64,000 bases of DNA from an uncultured cyanobacterium. GTDB taxonomy: Bacteria; Cyanobacteriota; Cyanobacteriia; Phormidesmidales; Phormidesmidaceae. Below are positions 52,818-63,061 of this stretch, piece after piece. Positions within the stretch are counted from its first letter, which is position 1. The number at the start of each line of letters is the position of its first letter. The translations under genes and the position numbers were made by a program. The notes under the pieces are model-generated. The model searched no databases and was not told where the DNA came from. It saw nothing but the letters and a program-made list of their open reading frames with translations. The stretch lies in contig CAWBZI010000006.1 in the NCBI GenBank assembly GCA_963793265.1, forward strand, positions 96,001 to 160,000, read 5' to 3'.

Positions 52818-54051
52818 AGGGTTTGGATGTGAAAGGGGATAAGGTCTTCAAAACCCACTCATATTCGCGCTGAATAGAATTCTGTACGGTCATTTGCAAA
52901 TGGCTCGGCAGCACGTCCCAGGTGTAGGTTTCAATTTCGAGATGACGGCACTTAAGCGTCGGCAGTCGGTTCAAAATTGCTTCGAGATGAGCGCGCGTCG
53001 ATTGAACAGACTGATAGTCGTCTAAGAAGATAGGCACGTGGAAGTGCGTACGCCACTCTTCGGCCTGAGTGCTGTCGAGGTCTACGAGGGCTTCTTTTAA
53101 ATCGCGATATTGCTGGCGCTTACCGTTGGCGTGGCGCGCAACAACCTGATGCAGGTAGGTGGATTCAACAAAAGGAGAGAGGCGATCGCCCACAGCCCGT
53201 CGCCCAGCCGCATCAGCCGGGATAGCCACCTTTAGCGCCGAGCTAAGCTGAAGCTTGCCGATTTGAATTCCTGAAAACAAAAAGCGGTCAATCGCCTCAT
53301 TCGGATCTTCATAGGCCACCGCAAAATGACAGGTGTCATAGCAAACCTGCACGTGTGTTCTCAGCCAGTCCTCTGCTACGGCCTTAGATAAACCGCGCTC
53401 TGAGCTGAGCTGAGCGATCCCAACCGGCAGCAGCCACTGCTCAAAGAAATTAATCAGCTCCGTCGTATTCTCAATCAAACCATCCGGCTCAGGCTCAATA
53501 TCTAAATGCAGCACCTTACCCGTTTGTAGGGCAACATCCGCCATCGCCGCCACCACCTGAACAATCTGACGAGTGCTTTGTTCAAACACACTATCAAATG
53601 TATTTTGAGTACCCCCCTGCCACCACGGTTTATAAGACAGCGGCAGGGTAGAGATACCACCGTCCATATCAGGCGGTAGAAGTGCCGCTAAAATCTCCAC
53701 CAGCCGCAGGGTGTAATGCAGCCGCTTTGGTTGAGTCCAGTCAGGCGCATACACTTTATCTTTTACAACCTGATTGTGGAAGCCGCCGTAAGGGAAGCCA
53801 TTCAGCGTAAAAACATAGAGGTCTTGTGCTTGTAGCCAGCGCTGAAAAGATAACAGCGCATCGCCTTGCAACAGTTCGCGGCTCGCGGCATCTGATAGGC
53901 GTAGGCCAATACCAAATGCTTGATTGGGAAAGAGATTATGCTTAAGCGCGGTGACGTGAGTGGCTAGATTGTCAAATACGGCTGGCCAGCTTTCGCCAGG
54001 GTGGATGTTGGTGCAGTAGGTGAGATGGGTTGGGGATGAGGAGAGTTTCAT
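52795..54051 (-). CDS. eboE: EboE, TIM-barrel protein
   Basis: LTYCTNIHPGESW, TLNGFPYGGFH, EPEPDG, YDTCHFAV, WRTHFHVP, LEIETYTW. Confidence 0.92.
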   Translation of the reverse strand: MKLSSSPTHLTYCTNIHPGESWPAVFDNLATHVTALKHNLFPNQAFGIGLRLSDAASRELLQGDALLSFQRWLQAQDLYVFTLNGFPYGGFHNQVVKDKVYAPDWTQPKRLHYTLRLVEILAALLPPDMDGGISTLPLSYKPWWQGGTQNTFDSVFEQSTRQIVQVVAAMADVALQTGKVLHLDIEPEPDGLIENTTELINFFEQWLLPVGIAQLSSERGLSKAVAEDWLRTHVQVCYDTCHFAVAYEDPNEAIDRFLFSGIQIGKLQLSSALKVAIPADAAGRRAVGDRLSPFVESTYLHQVVARHANGKRQQYRDLKEALVDLDSTQAEEWRTHFHVPIFLDDYQSVQSTRAHLEAILNRLPTLKCRHLEIETYTWDVLPSHLQMTVQNSIQREYEWVLKTLSPFTSKPYAKNSCH

Positions 54052-55673
54052 GCAACAGAACGCACCGATGCGCCAACAGACGAGCCAACAGCGGCTACTT
54101 CTAAGAGCGAAACTTCTAAAACCGCAGGCATAATGTCCTCACTTTCAAGCTCGTTCAAAGGCGCTTTCACAGGCTTGTTGTTCAATTCCTCAGACGGCGC
54201 ATTGACGACATCATCAGATGGTTCACTTGCTAACGCTACAGACAGCTCATCAGGCGATTGGTTCGTCAGCTCATTAGATGGCAGGTTAGGCTGAGCCGCT
54301 ATCTGATTTTGAGGCTGGCCTTGCGCTTGCTGCGCTTGTTGCTGCGCCTGAACCTGCTTCTGAGCTTGTGCCTGAGCCCGCAGCTTGGCCTGTTCCTGAG
54401 CCTTCAGTTGAACCTGCTTTTTTAGATGCTCTCTAACAACGCTTTGAGCCTTTTTCTTAGCAGTCGCGGTGCGGTGGGCTCGGGCGGTTAATAGCGCGAT
54501 CGCCTCTCGATACCGGCCAAATTCAACCTCATGCACCTCTACCCCCTGACCAATTGCCCACAGCAGCGTAATCGTCAGCTCACCCCCCAAATGCTGTTGA
54601 AACTCAGTGAGTCCTTTAAACAGTGAATCGGGGTGCTCAGGCTGATCGAGATGTCGAAACAGCTCTGCAACAGATAGGGTAAAGCCCAGCATTTCTAGCG
54701 TATCTAGCACGCGCTTGCACTCAGCAGCACTAATTAGGCCCGAGAGCTGAGAGTAAATGGTGTCTAAAGCAATACCGATGGCGACCGCCTCACCATGACG
54801 CAGCTTGTAGTCTGTCAAATACTCCAGCCGATGCGCCGACCAGTGACCAAAGTCGAGCGGACGAGACGATCCTTTTTCAAACGGATCGCCATAGCCACCG
54901 ATGTGTTCTACATGAATTTTGGCGCAGCGATAGACCAGTCTTCGCATAGCGTCCATATCACGGCGGGCGAGGGCTTTGGCATCTTTTTCTATTTGATTAA
55001 AAAAGTCGGCGTCTTTGATTAGCGCGACTTTTACCGCTTCGGCAATGCCTGCTCGCCAGTCGCGATCGCCCAGTGACTTCAAGAACGAAAAGTCATTAAG
55101 CACTGCGTACGGCGGTGCGAATGTGCCAATAAAGTTCTTTTTCTCAAAGGCGTTAATGCCATTTTTTACGCCCACACCTGAGTCGTTTTGGGCCAATACA
55201 GTCGTCGGGACTCTGATCAGACGGATGCCACGGTGAGCGATCGCAGCCGCATAGCCCACCATATCCAAAACCGCCCCACCCCCAATCGCCATCACATACG
55301 AGTGACGACAAATATTGTGCTGATTCATCACCCAGCAAAGCTGCTCAACTAGGGCATGGTCGTTTTTAGACTGTTCACCACCCGGCACCGACAGCGGCGC
55401 AGTCACCAGCTTTACCTGATCAGAATATTGCTGCGCGTAGGTCATCACCATGCCGAGCAGTTGGCTGTGTGCCATTAGGCCATCATCAGCAACCACGAGC
55501 ACCCGGCCCGGCTTGCCATCGGCGCTCAAAACGTTGGCAAGTAGAGGGTTATCGGGCCGAAACAGGCCGTCAGTGAAGTGGACGCTGTATTCAAAAGGAA
55601 CAGAAAATTGCTGCTGAATGGGCTTGAGTTCTGAGGCAGCGGTCGAAGGGGAGGCGGGGGCGATTGCAGTCAT
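54048..55673 (-). CDS. eboD: EboD, 3-dehydroquinate-synthase-like sugar phosphate cyclase with C-terminal extension
   Basis: GGGAVLD, PTTVLAQNDSGVGVKN, AEAVKVALIKD, RPLDFGHWSAH, HGEAVAIG. Confidence 0.88.
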   Translation of the reverse strand: MTAIAPASPSTAASELKPIQQQFSVPFEYSVHFTDGLFRPDNPLLANVLSADGKPGRVLVVADDGLMAHSQLLGMVMTYAQQYSDQVKLVTAPLSVPGGEQSKNDHALVEQLCWVMNQHNICRHSYVMAIGGGAVLDMVGYAAAIAHRGIRLIRVPTTVLAQNDSGVGVKNGINAFEKKNFIGTFAPPYAVLNDFSFLKSLGDRDWRAGIAEAVKVALIKDADFFNQIEKDAKALARRDMDAMRRLVYRCAKIHVEHIGGYGDPFEKGSSRPLDFGHWSAHRLEYLTDYKLRHGEAVAIGIALDTIYSQLSGLISAAECKRVLDTLEMLGFTLSVAELFRHLDQPEHPDSLFKGLTEFQQHLGGELTITLLWAIGQGVEVHEVEFGRYREAIALLTARAHRTATAKKKAQSVVREHLKKQVQLKAQEQAKLRAQAQAQKQVQAQQQAQQAQGQPQNQIAAQPNLPSNELTNQSPDELSVALASEPSDDVVNAPSEELNNKPVKAPLNELESEDIMPAVLEVSLLEVAAVGSSVGASVRSVA

Positions 55674-55740
55674 GAGAGGTTTGGGGCTTTGGGGGGATTA
55701 GGGAATCGGAAGACTTGTAAAGGGTCGAAGGAAAGAGAAC

Positions 55741-56772
55741 TCAGGTCACAGCAAACAGTTTTGCCACGCCGATAGACAGTGGCAAGAGCGCTAGCGTAGC
55801 TAGGCCATAAGGCCAGCCCGCAAACCCAGCGCCTATCGAGGCGTCTAGCACAATTAGCGACAAAATTCCGGCTTTTACAGCCGCTCGAATCTTGTCAGCA
55901 GCAGGATCTTGTGCAGCTCGAATGAATGGGGGAAATACGAGCGCTGACAGTAGAAGCACAAAGGGGAGAAGGGGCCAGAAAGAGATAGTAGGAAACGTGC
56001 TCAGGCCAAGAAGAATACTCACGACGATGGTGAGAAGGAGAAGAGCGATCGCGCCTGTTTTCTTTTCTCCACCGTGAACCTCACCCTGGCTAATTGCGGT
56101 AATTGCGCCGATATAGGCCAGTGGAATGCAGCTCAACAACAGTAGTGTAGTCAGCAATGACGATTGAGCCTGTGCGCTTTGAACAACACTTCCAGATGCT
56201 ATGGCACTGACGCCTAACAACAGATTACAGCCGCGACAGATGCCCATATTCAAAGGGCCAAGGAACGTGTGGTGCTTGCTGAACTTGTCGTATAAGAGAG
56301 CGTTAAGGGCGATCGCAGCTGCCAGTCCAAAGCTCAGCGCCGACACCCGCGCCGCCGCCGCTATGCCCATTCCCAGCATCGCTACGCCTAACCCTACAGC
56401 CGCCGCCATCGGCACCTGACCGCTAGGAATAGGCCGTTCAGGCCGCTCTACCGCGTCTAGCTCAGCATCGCAAACGTCATTAAAAACAACGCCACCCGCA
56501 TAGAGGCCAGTCGTAGCGACAAGTAGCCACAAAAGAGAATAGAACAAAGGCTTTGAATCGGCAGTAGCCATCAGCTCCGTAGCACCATAGCCTGTGGCGT
56601 AGCCTGCCAGAACAACACTGTAGCCTGCAAAAATATCCGCCCAAGCCGTAACAATATTAGCGGGTCGAAGTAGCTGTAAGTAGGCAATCAGCTTGCCTCG
56701 GCTCGCCGTTTTGCTCGTCGCTTCGTTCGCTACCTGACTCTTTGAAGGCTGCGTCGTTGTCGTCATGCCCAT
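55741..56772 (-). CDS. eboC: EboC, UbiA-family prenyltransferase
   Basis: LLRPANIVTAWAD, NDVCDAELDAVERPERPIPSG, MGICRGCNLLLG, C-terminal FAVT. Confidence 0.92.
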   Translation of the reverse strand: MGMTTTTQPSKSQVANEATSKTASRGKLIAYLQLLRPANIVTAWADIFAGYSVVLAGYATGYGATELMATADSKPLFYSLLWLLVATTGLYAGGVVFNDVCDAELDAVERPERPIPSGQVPMAAAVGLGVAMLGMGIAAAARVSALSFGLAAAIALNALLYDKFSKHHTFLGPLNMGICRGCNLLLGVSAIASGSVVQSAQAQSSLLTTLLLLSCIPLAYIGAITAISQGEVHGGEKKTGAIALLLLTIVVSILLGLSTFPTISFWPLLPFVLLLSALVFPPFIRAAQDPAADKIRAAVKAGILSLIVLDASIGAGFAGWPYGLATLALLPLSIGVAKLFAVT

Positions 56773-57782
56773 TACCGAATCACCAAAGAATCTGTTGCAG
56801 CTTCTACCTTTGGCATCTGCCCGCGCAGCACCGAGCTACCGCTATAGAGCTGCCGCTGATCGACAGGGGCAGGATTGAGCCAGTCCGACTCATTAAACTC
56901 ACCGCTTTGCGCGTAGGCTGCAAGTGCGTTGTCATAACAAACCGCCCGCACCTGTTCTTCACTAATGCCGCTCTCTAGCATCAGCTGAGCCGTCTTCGGC
57001 ACCGCCAGCGGATCGCTCATACCCCAGTCGGCAGCGCTATCAATAAAGATTTTTTTGTGCCCATACTTGCGCACCACATCCACCATGCGCTCATTACCCA
57101 TTTTGGTATTGGGATAAATCGAAAACGCGCACCAAAATCCCCGATCTAAAATCTCAGCCACCGTCTCTTCATTGGCATGATCAATAATCACGCGCGACGG
57201 CTCAAAGCCCTCTTGAACGCACACATCCATACTACGCGAGGTGCCTTCTTTTTTATTGCGGTGTGGCGTATGCACCAGCACCAGTTTTTCTAGCTCCTTA
57301 GCCATATTGAGCTGAATGCGAAAGTACTTATCTTCCGCTTCGGTCATATCGTCATAACCAATCTCACCAATCGCCACCACGCCTTCTTTGCAGGCGTACA
57401 TTGGCAGCAAATCGATCACTTCATCAGCCACCGCAGGATTGTTTGCCTCCTTAGGATTCAGTGAGAGCGTGCAGTAGTGACGAATGCCAAACTGTCCGGC
57501 TCGAAAGCGCTCCCAGCCGACTAACGTGCTGAAATAATCTTTGAAAGTGCCAATGCTTGTACGCGGTTGACCTAGCCAGAAAGCAGGTTCAATTAACGCT
57601 ACTACACCGTATTCTCTCATCACCATGTAGTCGTAGGTGGTGCGAGCGCTCATGTGAATGTGCGGATCGATGACGGGCAGGGTGTGTTTTAGAGCGCTAT
57701 CGTTTGGTTCGCTATTGTTTGAGATATCGTTGTTTGGGGCTTGGTTAACATCTTTATGATTTAACAGATTGTTGTGCGTCAT
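56772..57782 (-). CDS. eboB: EboB, TatD-family hydrolase
   Basis: DPHIHM, EPAFWLGQPRT, GEIGYD, HTPH, DSAADWG. Confidence 0.92.
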   Translation of the reverse strand: MTHNNLLNHKDVNQAPNNDISNNSEPNDSALKHTLPVIDPHIHMSARTTYDYMVMREYGVVALIEPAFWLGQPRTSIGTFKDYFSTLVGWERFRAGQFGIRHYCTLSLNPKEANNPAVADEVIDLLPMYACKEGVVAIGEIGYDDMTEAEDKYFRIQLNMAKELEKLVLVHTPHRNKKEGTSRSMDVCVQEGFEPSRVIIDHANEETVAEILDRGFWCAFSIYPNTKMGNERMVDVVRKYGHKKIFIDSAADWGMSDPLAVPKTAQLMLESGISEEQVRAVCYDNALAAYAQSGEFNESDWLNPAPVDQRQLYSGSSVLRGQMPKVEAATDSLVIR

Positions 57783-57890
57783 TTGTCGCTTATTTTGGTC
57801 TTTCTTGACTTTCTTTTAGGTGTTTTGGGGCTTGTATGCGTTTGAGGTTGTTGGTTGGTGGGGTGGGTTTCCGATGTATACGCTAAACAG

Positions 57891-58796
57891 TTACTTCTCA
57901 AAAGGAGAAGGTAGCCCTCTAAAATTCTCCCAAGTAAGCTCCCCCGAACAAATGCGCGCCTGCAAATCGGGATAGCCACTCAACAAGGCCCGAGCAATCG
58001 AAGACTTCGAGCAAGCCAGTGCCGCTGCCGCTTGCTCCGCCGCATCCGCACTTACCAGCACGCGCACCAAGTCACCAACAACCTGCGCATCAGCATGAGA
58101 GCCTACCGCTCGCCACAGCTCAGGATCAACTTTGCGGCCAGCGGCCCAGCGCTCATGGGCATAGTCGGAGAGCATTCTTGCCAGCCGGGGATTTGCTCGC
58201 TCGTCTAGTCCATGAATTAGCGAAAGCGAGCTGTCTTCAAAGAGTGCCTTGAGTACCATTTGGTTCCAGGCAGGCTCGTCAAAGTATTGGGCGGGGTAGG
58301 GATTGCGCAGGGCGATCGCTTCAAACACAATCGTCATAGAACTGCGCAGACCATCAATCGCCTGAGCACAAAAGCTTTCGGGTTCGGGAAACAGCGGAAG
58401 GCTTTGATAGAGCGCAACCGTTTCGCTGACATCGGCGCTGTCAAACAGGTTTTGAACAAGCTGCCGAAAGGGAACGTTCTCGTGTTCTAAGCACGCCAGT
58501 AGCAGCATGGTTCGAGCCGCCTGATCGGTGCTCCAATGATCTATTTGCCAGCCGGGACAAATGGACGGTAGCTGCGATTCATCTAGCTCGCTCACTTGCA
58601 GATCGTCTTTACCCACGCGCCTTGCTGCCGCGCTAAAAACAGGAAATACGTTGCGCTCATTTTTCCAGACCTTAGCCATGGCGTTTTCGAGCCATTCAGC
58701 GGCAGGTTCGGCAAGCTGTCGGGTGAGCTTTCTATAGAGAAAATAGGTGGCAGCAGCGGCCTTTGACTGATTGGGAGGAATATCTAGAGCGTACAT
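57891..58796 (-). CDS. eboA: EboA domain protein
   Basis: WSTDQAAR, ALRNPYPAQYFDEPAWNQMVLKALF, DYAHERWAAGR; the ATG at 58796 avoids overlap with trpD. Confidence 0.9.
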   Translation of the reverse strand: MYALDIPPNQSKAAAATYFLYRKLTRQLAEPAAEWLENAMAKVWKNERNVFPVFSAAARRVGKDDLQVSELDESQLPSICPGWQIDHWSTDQAARTMLLLACLEHENVPFRQLVQNLFDSADVSETVALYQSLPLFPEPESFCAQAIDGLRSSMTIVFEAIALRNPYPAQYFDEPAWNQMVLKALFEDSSLSLIHGLDERANPRLARMLSDYAHERWAAGRKVDPELWRAVGSHADAQVVGDLVRVLVSADAAEQAAAALACSKSSIARALLSGYPDLQARICSGELTWENFRGLPSPFEK

Positions 58797-58815
58797 TTTA
58801 GAGATGCTTTTATAA

Positions 58816-59919
58816 TTACTGTAAAAATCTTGAAAGTTGCTCAAACTTTGTCCAGGCCGCACCGCTAGAGAGGACGTTTTGGGCGATCGCAACCCCTTCC
58901 TTTAACGCTTCCGTATCGCTCAGATTCTCTGATAACGCCTCGCCAACCTGAAGCGTTAGCGCAGTATTGATTGATACGATATCTCTTTGAGCCTGCGTAC
59001 CTTTACCCTGCAATACGGACTTAAGAATCTCAGCATTCACCTGAACATCGCCGCCCCTAATAGCTTCAGTGGGAGCCTTTTGCAGTCCTAGCATCTGCGG
59101 GCTCACCGCCTCAATATTAATTTGAGTGCCTTTTACCACAGCAATATCACTAAAGTCAGCCAGCCCGGCCTCGTCCAAATTTTCGCGGGCATGAACCACA
59201 ACGGCCCGGCGCGTACCCAAGCGGCTGAGCGCCACTGCAATCGTTTCAATCAGCGTAGGATCGTACACGCCGATTACCTGGCCTGTCGGCTGCATGGGGT
59301 TGAGTAGGGGGCCAAGCAGATTGAAGATCGTGCGGATCTTGAGGGTTTTGCGGAGGGGAGAAATCGCCTTAAAAGCAGGATGCCAGCCCGGCGCATACAA
59401 AAAGGTAATACCTACCTCATCTAACGCCGCACTCACCTTATTAGCAGGCGCACTCAAATTTAGACCTAACGCCTCCAACACATCCGCCGAGCCCGCCTTA
59501 CTAGAGGCCGATCGGTTACCGTGCTTAGCCACTTGCAGCCCGGCTGCTGCCGCAACAAAGGCCACCGCCGTTGAGATGTTGAACGTAGAGGCACCGTCGC
59601 CGCCCGTCCCACAGGTATCGACTAAAGGCAGCGAATTTTCAGGGCGCGGCGGGCTTGTAATCGCCCGCGCCCTGAGCACACGTACCATACCTACTAGCTC
59701 GCTTGCCGAAACGCCTTTTGCCTGCAACGCGGTTAAGATTGCGCCCGACATTACCGGCTCAACGGCTTCATCGAGCCACGCTTGCATCAGAGATTCTGAC
59801 TGTTCAGCCGTGAGCGACTGTCTGTCGAGTAGCTGCTTTAGCAGAGAAGAATAGTCTTGCTCGGCTGTTGTTTCAGCAGGGCGAGTTCGTTGAAAAATAG
59901 CTGTCATAGGAGATACCAA
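58816..59919 (-). CDS. trpD: Anthranilate phosphoribosyltransferase
   Basis: [33 protein letters not shown]; start may be the ATG at 59907. Confidence 0.96.
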   Translation of the reverse strand: MVSPMTAIFQRTRPAETTAEQDYSSLLKQLLDRQSLTAEQSESLMQAWLDEAVEPVMSGAILTALQAKGVSASELVGMVRVLRARAITSPPRPENSLPLVDTCGTGGDGASTFNISTAVAFVAAAAGLQVAKHGNRSASSKAGSADVLEALGLNLSAPANKVSAALDEVGITFLYAPGWHPAFKAISPLRKTLKIRTIFNLLGPLLNPMQPTGQVIGVYDPTLIETIAVALSRLGTRRAVVVHARENLDEAGLADFSDIAVVKGTQINIEAVSPQMLGLQKAPTEAIRGGDVQVNAEILKSVLQGKGTQAQRDIVSINTALTLQVGEALSENLSDTEALKEGVAIAQNVLSSGAAWTKFEQLSRFLQ

Positions 59920-59940
59920 GTAGGAAAGATCAAAGAAGAC

Positions 59941-61188
59941 TTAGCCTTCCAAATTCAGCGCTTTTGCTGCGGTTTGCACGTCTTTATCACCGCGCCCGGA
60001 GCAGTTGATCACGATGCGAGGACTGCCTTCTAGCTGAGGGCAAAGGGTTTCGAGATAGGCGATCGCATGAGCCGTTTCCAGTGCAGGAATAATCCCCTCT
60101 AGCTCCGAGAGCAAACAAAAGCCGTCCAAAGCCTGCTGATCGGTCACGCTGTAATACTCAGCTCTATTAGTGTCTTTTAGGTAGCTGTGCTCAGGGCCAA
60201 CGCCAGGATAGTCAAGCCCCGCGCTAATCGAATGCGCCTCAATAATCTGCCCGTCCGAATCTTGCAACAAATAGCTCATCGCCCCGTGCAGTACGCCCAC
60301 TCGCCCTTTGGTCAACGTCGCCGCGTGCTTATCGGTATCTACGCCTTCACCCGCAGCTTCGACTCCAATCATCCGCACCGAAGAATCTTTGACAAAATCA
60401 TAGAAAAGTCCCATTGCGTTAGAGCCGCCGCCAATACAGGCCAGCAAAATATCAGGCAAGCCGCCCCATTTCTCTTCACACTGCGCCCGCGTTTCTTGCC
60501 CAATCACCGCATGAAAATCTCGAACAATCATCGGGTAAGGATGTGGCCCGGCGACAGAACCTAGAATGTAATGTGTGGTTTCGACATTCGTTACCCAGTC
60601 ACGAATTGCCTCAGAGGTTGCGTCTTTGAGCGTACCTGTGCCCGCTTCTACCGGGCGGACTTCAGCGCCAAGCAGCCGCATCCGAAATACGTTGAGCGAC
60701 TGTCGGGCCATGTCGTGAACGCCCATGTATATGATGCACTCTAGCCCGAAGCGAGCGCAGGCGGTAGCAGTGGCAACGCCGTGTTGACCGGCCCCTGTTT
60801 CTGCGATGATTCTCTTTTTGCCCATGCGCTTAGCAAGTAGGGCCTGAGCGATCGCATTGTTAATTTTGTGAGCACCCGTATGGTTCAAATCTTCTCTTTT
60901 GAGATAGATTTGAGGGCCAGAGCCATCGGGTTTAGCGTAGTGAGCCGTGAGGCGTTCGGCTAAATAAAGTGGATTCGCACGGCCTACATAGTCTTTGAGT
61001 AGGTGCTGTAGCTCTTTGTCGAACTCTAGGTCGTAGCGGTAGTGGTTATAGGCACGCTCTAGCTCAGCTAAGGCAGGCATGAGGGTTTCAGGCACGTATT
61101 TGCCGCCGAACTGGCCGAAGCGCCCGAGGGCGTCAGGCATTTGTTCTTTTTGCGGGGCGGACTTGGAAGGGTTGAATGTCGTGACCAT
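59941..61188 (-). CDS. trpB: Tryptophan synthase beta chain
   Basis: [42 protein letters not shown]. Confidence 0.98.
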   Translation of the reverse strand: MVTTFNPSKSAPQKEQMPDALGRFGQFGGKYVPETLMPALAELERAYNHYRYDLEFDKELQHLLKDYVGRANPLYLAERLTAHYAKPDGSGPQIYLKREDLNHTGAHKINNAIAQALLAKRMGKKRIIAETGAGQHGVATATACARFGLECIIYMGVHDMARQSLNVFRMRLLGAEVRPVEAGTGTLKDATSEAIRDWVTNVETTHYILGSVAGPHPYPMIVRDFHAVIGQETRAQCEEKWGGLPDILLACIGGGSNAMGLFYDFVKDSSVRMIGVEAAGEGVDTDKHAATLTKGRVGVLHGAMSYLLQDSDGQIIEAHSISAGLDYPGVGPEHSYLKDTNRAEYYSVTDQQALDGFCLLSELEGIIPALETAHAIAYLETLCPQLEGSPRIVINCSGRGDKDVQTAAKALNLEG

Positions 61189-61259
61189 TTGGATCTCCTG
61201 TTGTTTTGTTTTTCTATCTAGTTCAGCCGTCGATATCAGTCGATACCAACAGATATCAG

Positions 61260-62072
61260 CTAAACGGCTACTGCCTCTTTTTTCTCAATAGCTCCTTTCA
61301 GCCCTCGACAAAAGTCTTCAACAGACTTGAGCCGCTCGCTCGGATCTTCCGTCAGCCGCTTTACAAACGCACTGCCCACAATCACCGCATCCGCGCCGCT
61401 CTCCTGCATCTGCCGGGCCTGCTCAGTGCTAGAAATACCAAAGCCAACGCCAATCGGCTTATCGGTGTGCGATCGCAATTCCTTCAGCAGCGGGCCCACA
61501 TTTGCTCCCGTCTGCTGCCGCATTCCAGTCACCCCGGTCACGCTCACCAGATACACAAAGCCTTGGGAGGCACGGGCGATCGCCTGCATCCTCTCTTCCG
61601 AACTCGTCGGAGCCACCAGCAAAATCACCTCAACGCCGCACTTACCCGACAGCGACAGCAGCGCATCCGACTCTTCTAAAGGCAAATCAGGAATCACCAG
61701 ACCTTGCACGCCAGCCGCCTTAATCCGCTTCAAAAACAGCTCAATCCCATGGTTCAAAATTGGATTGTAGTAAGTGAACAATATCAGCGGCGTTTGCAGC
61801 TTAGGTGCAACCGTTTGCACCATCTCTAGCACCGCGTCTAGCTGTATGCCCTTTGCCAAAGCCCGCGTAGCGGCTGCCTGAATGACGGGGCCATCGGCTA
61901 GCGGGTCGGAATAAGGGACGCCCAGCTCAATCAAATCAGCGCCGCTTTTATCAAGTACCTGTAGCGCCGAGGCCGTTGTTTCAAGGTCGGGATCGCCCGC
62001 CATGATGAACGGCACTAGGGCGCATTGTTTTTGCGATCGCAAACTTTCAAACCGTTCAGAAACAGTCACCAT
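61260..62072 (-). CDS. trpA: Tryptophan synthase alpha chain
   Basis: [38 protein letters not shown]. Confidence 0.97.
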   Translation of the reverse strand: MVTVSERFESLRSQKQCALVPFIMAGDPDLETTASALQVLDKSGADLIELGVPYSDPLADGPVIQAAATRALAKGIQLDAVLEMVQTVAPKLQTPLILFTYYNPILNHGIELFLKRIKAAGVQGLVIPDLPLEESDALLSLSGKCGVEVILLVAPTSSEERMQAIARASQGFVYLVSVTGVTGMRQQTGANVGPLLKELRSHTDKPIGVGFGISSTEQARQMQESGADAVIVGSAFVKRLTEDPSERLKSVEDFCRGLKGAIEKKEAVAV

Positions 62073-62104
62073 AAAAATTCTCCTAAACGTTTTCCAAATA
62101 TCTC

Positions 62105-63016
62105 TTAAACAACAGACATCACATCTACAGGCGAAAGCAGCGCCCGAGTTGCCTGCTCTACATCCGCCTGCTTCACCAGCGACTCGCCTACTAGCACGGC
62201 CCGAGCGCCAGCATCAGCGACCACTGCCAAATCTCGCGGAGTGCGAATACCTGACTCGCTCACCACTATGACGCCTGCAAGCTGCTCTTTTCTAGCGGAC
62301 AATAGCTGCTGGGTCGTTGCCAAATCAACGCTAAAGTCCTCTAGATTGCGGTTGTTGATGCCGACTAAATCGAGATGGTCAAGCGCTAATACCCGGTCTA
62401 GCTCGGTGAGCGTGTGAACTTCGATGAGCGATCGCATTCCCAAAGTTCTCACGAGCTGCGAGAGCGTTTTTAGATCGCGATCGCTCAACACCGCCGCAAT
62501 TAGCAGCACCGCGTCCGCTCCCGAGTTTCGCGCTAGCCAAACTTGGTAAGGCGAAATTACAAATTCCTTACACAGCAAAGGAATATTTACCTGATACCGC
62601 ACCTGCCAAAGGTAGTTAAAGCTGCCCTTAAAAAAGCTGCGGTCGGTGAGCACAGAAAGGCAGGCAGCTCCGCCTTTTTCATAAGATTGGGCAATCTCAA
62701 CCGGGTTAAAATCCTCACGAATAATCCCCTTACTTGGCGATGCCCGCTTTACTTCAGCAATCAAACCGACCAATCCTGATTCTTTAGCAGCCTGATTAAT
62801 CGCTGCCACAAAATCTCTAATCGGCGGTGCTTTGGCAGACTGTTGTACCAAATCGGCAAGCGGCAACTGCGCCGCCATATGAATCACCTCACGCTCCTTT
62901 TGCCAAACAATCTCTTCGAGAATGTTGTTAGGGCAATCGTCAGTAGAGGCTAGTTTGTAATCGGTATCGTCCGGCCCGGTAATGACCTGGCTGAATACTT
63001 GACGGCGAATCTGCAT
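62105..63016 (-). CDS. trpC: Indole-3-glycerol phosphate synthase
   Basis: [36 protein letters not shown]. Confidence 0.97.
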   Translation of the reverse strand: MQIRRQVFSQVITGPDDTDYKLASTDDCPNNILEEIVWQKEREVIHMAAQLPLADLVQQSAKAPPIRDFVAAINQAAKESGLVGLIAEVKRASPSKGIIREDFNPVEIAQSYEKGGAACLSVLTDRSFFKGSFNYLWQVRYQVNIPLLCKEFVISPYQVWLARNSGADAVLLIAAVLSDRDLKTLSQLVRTLGMRSLIEVHTLTELDRVLALDHLDLVGINNRNLEDFSVDLATTQQLLSARKEQLAGVIVVSESGIRTPRDLAVVADAGARAVLVGESLVKQADVEQATRALLSPVDVMSVV

Positions 63017-63061
63017 AGGTCGTAGAGCTTGAGTTAGGAGAAATTAGAACTAAAAAGAAAT

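Noticed and set aside
57779..57979. 66-aa ORF between eboA and eboB
   Set aside because: Overlaps eboA in another frame, weak start, low-complexity sequence from a skewed spacer.
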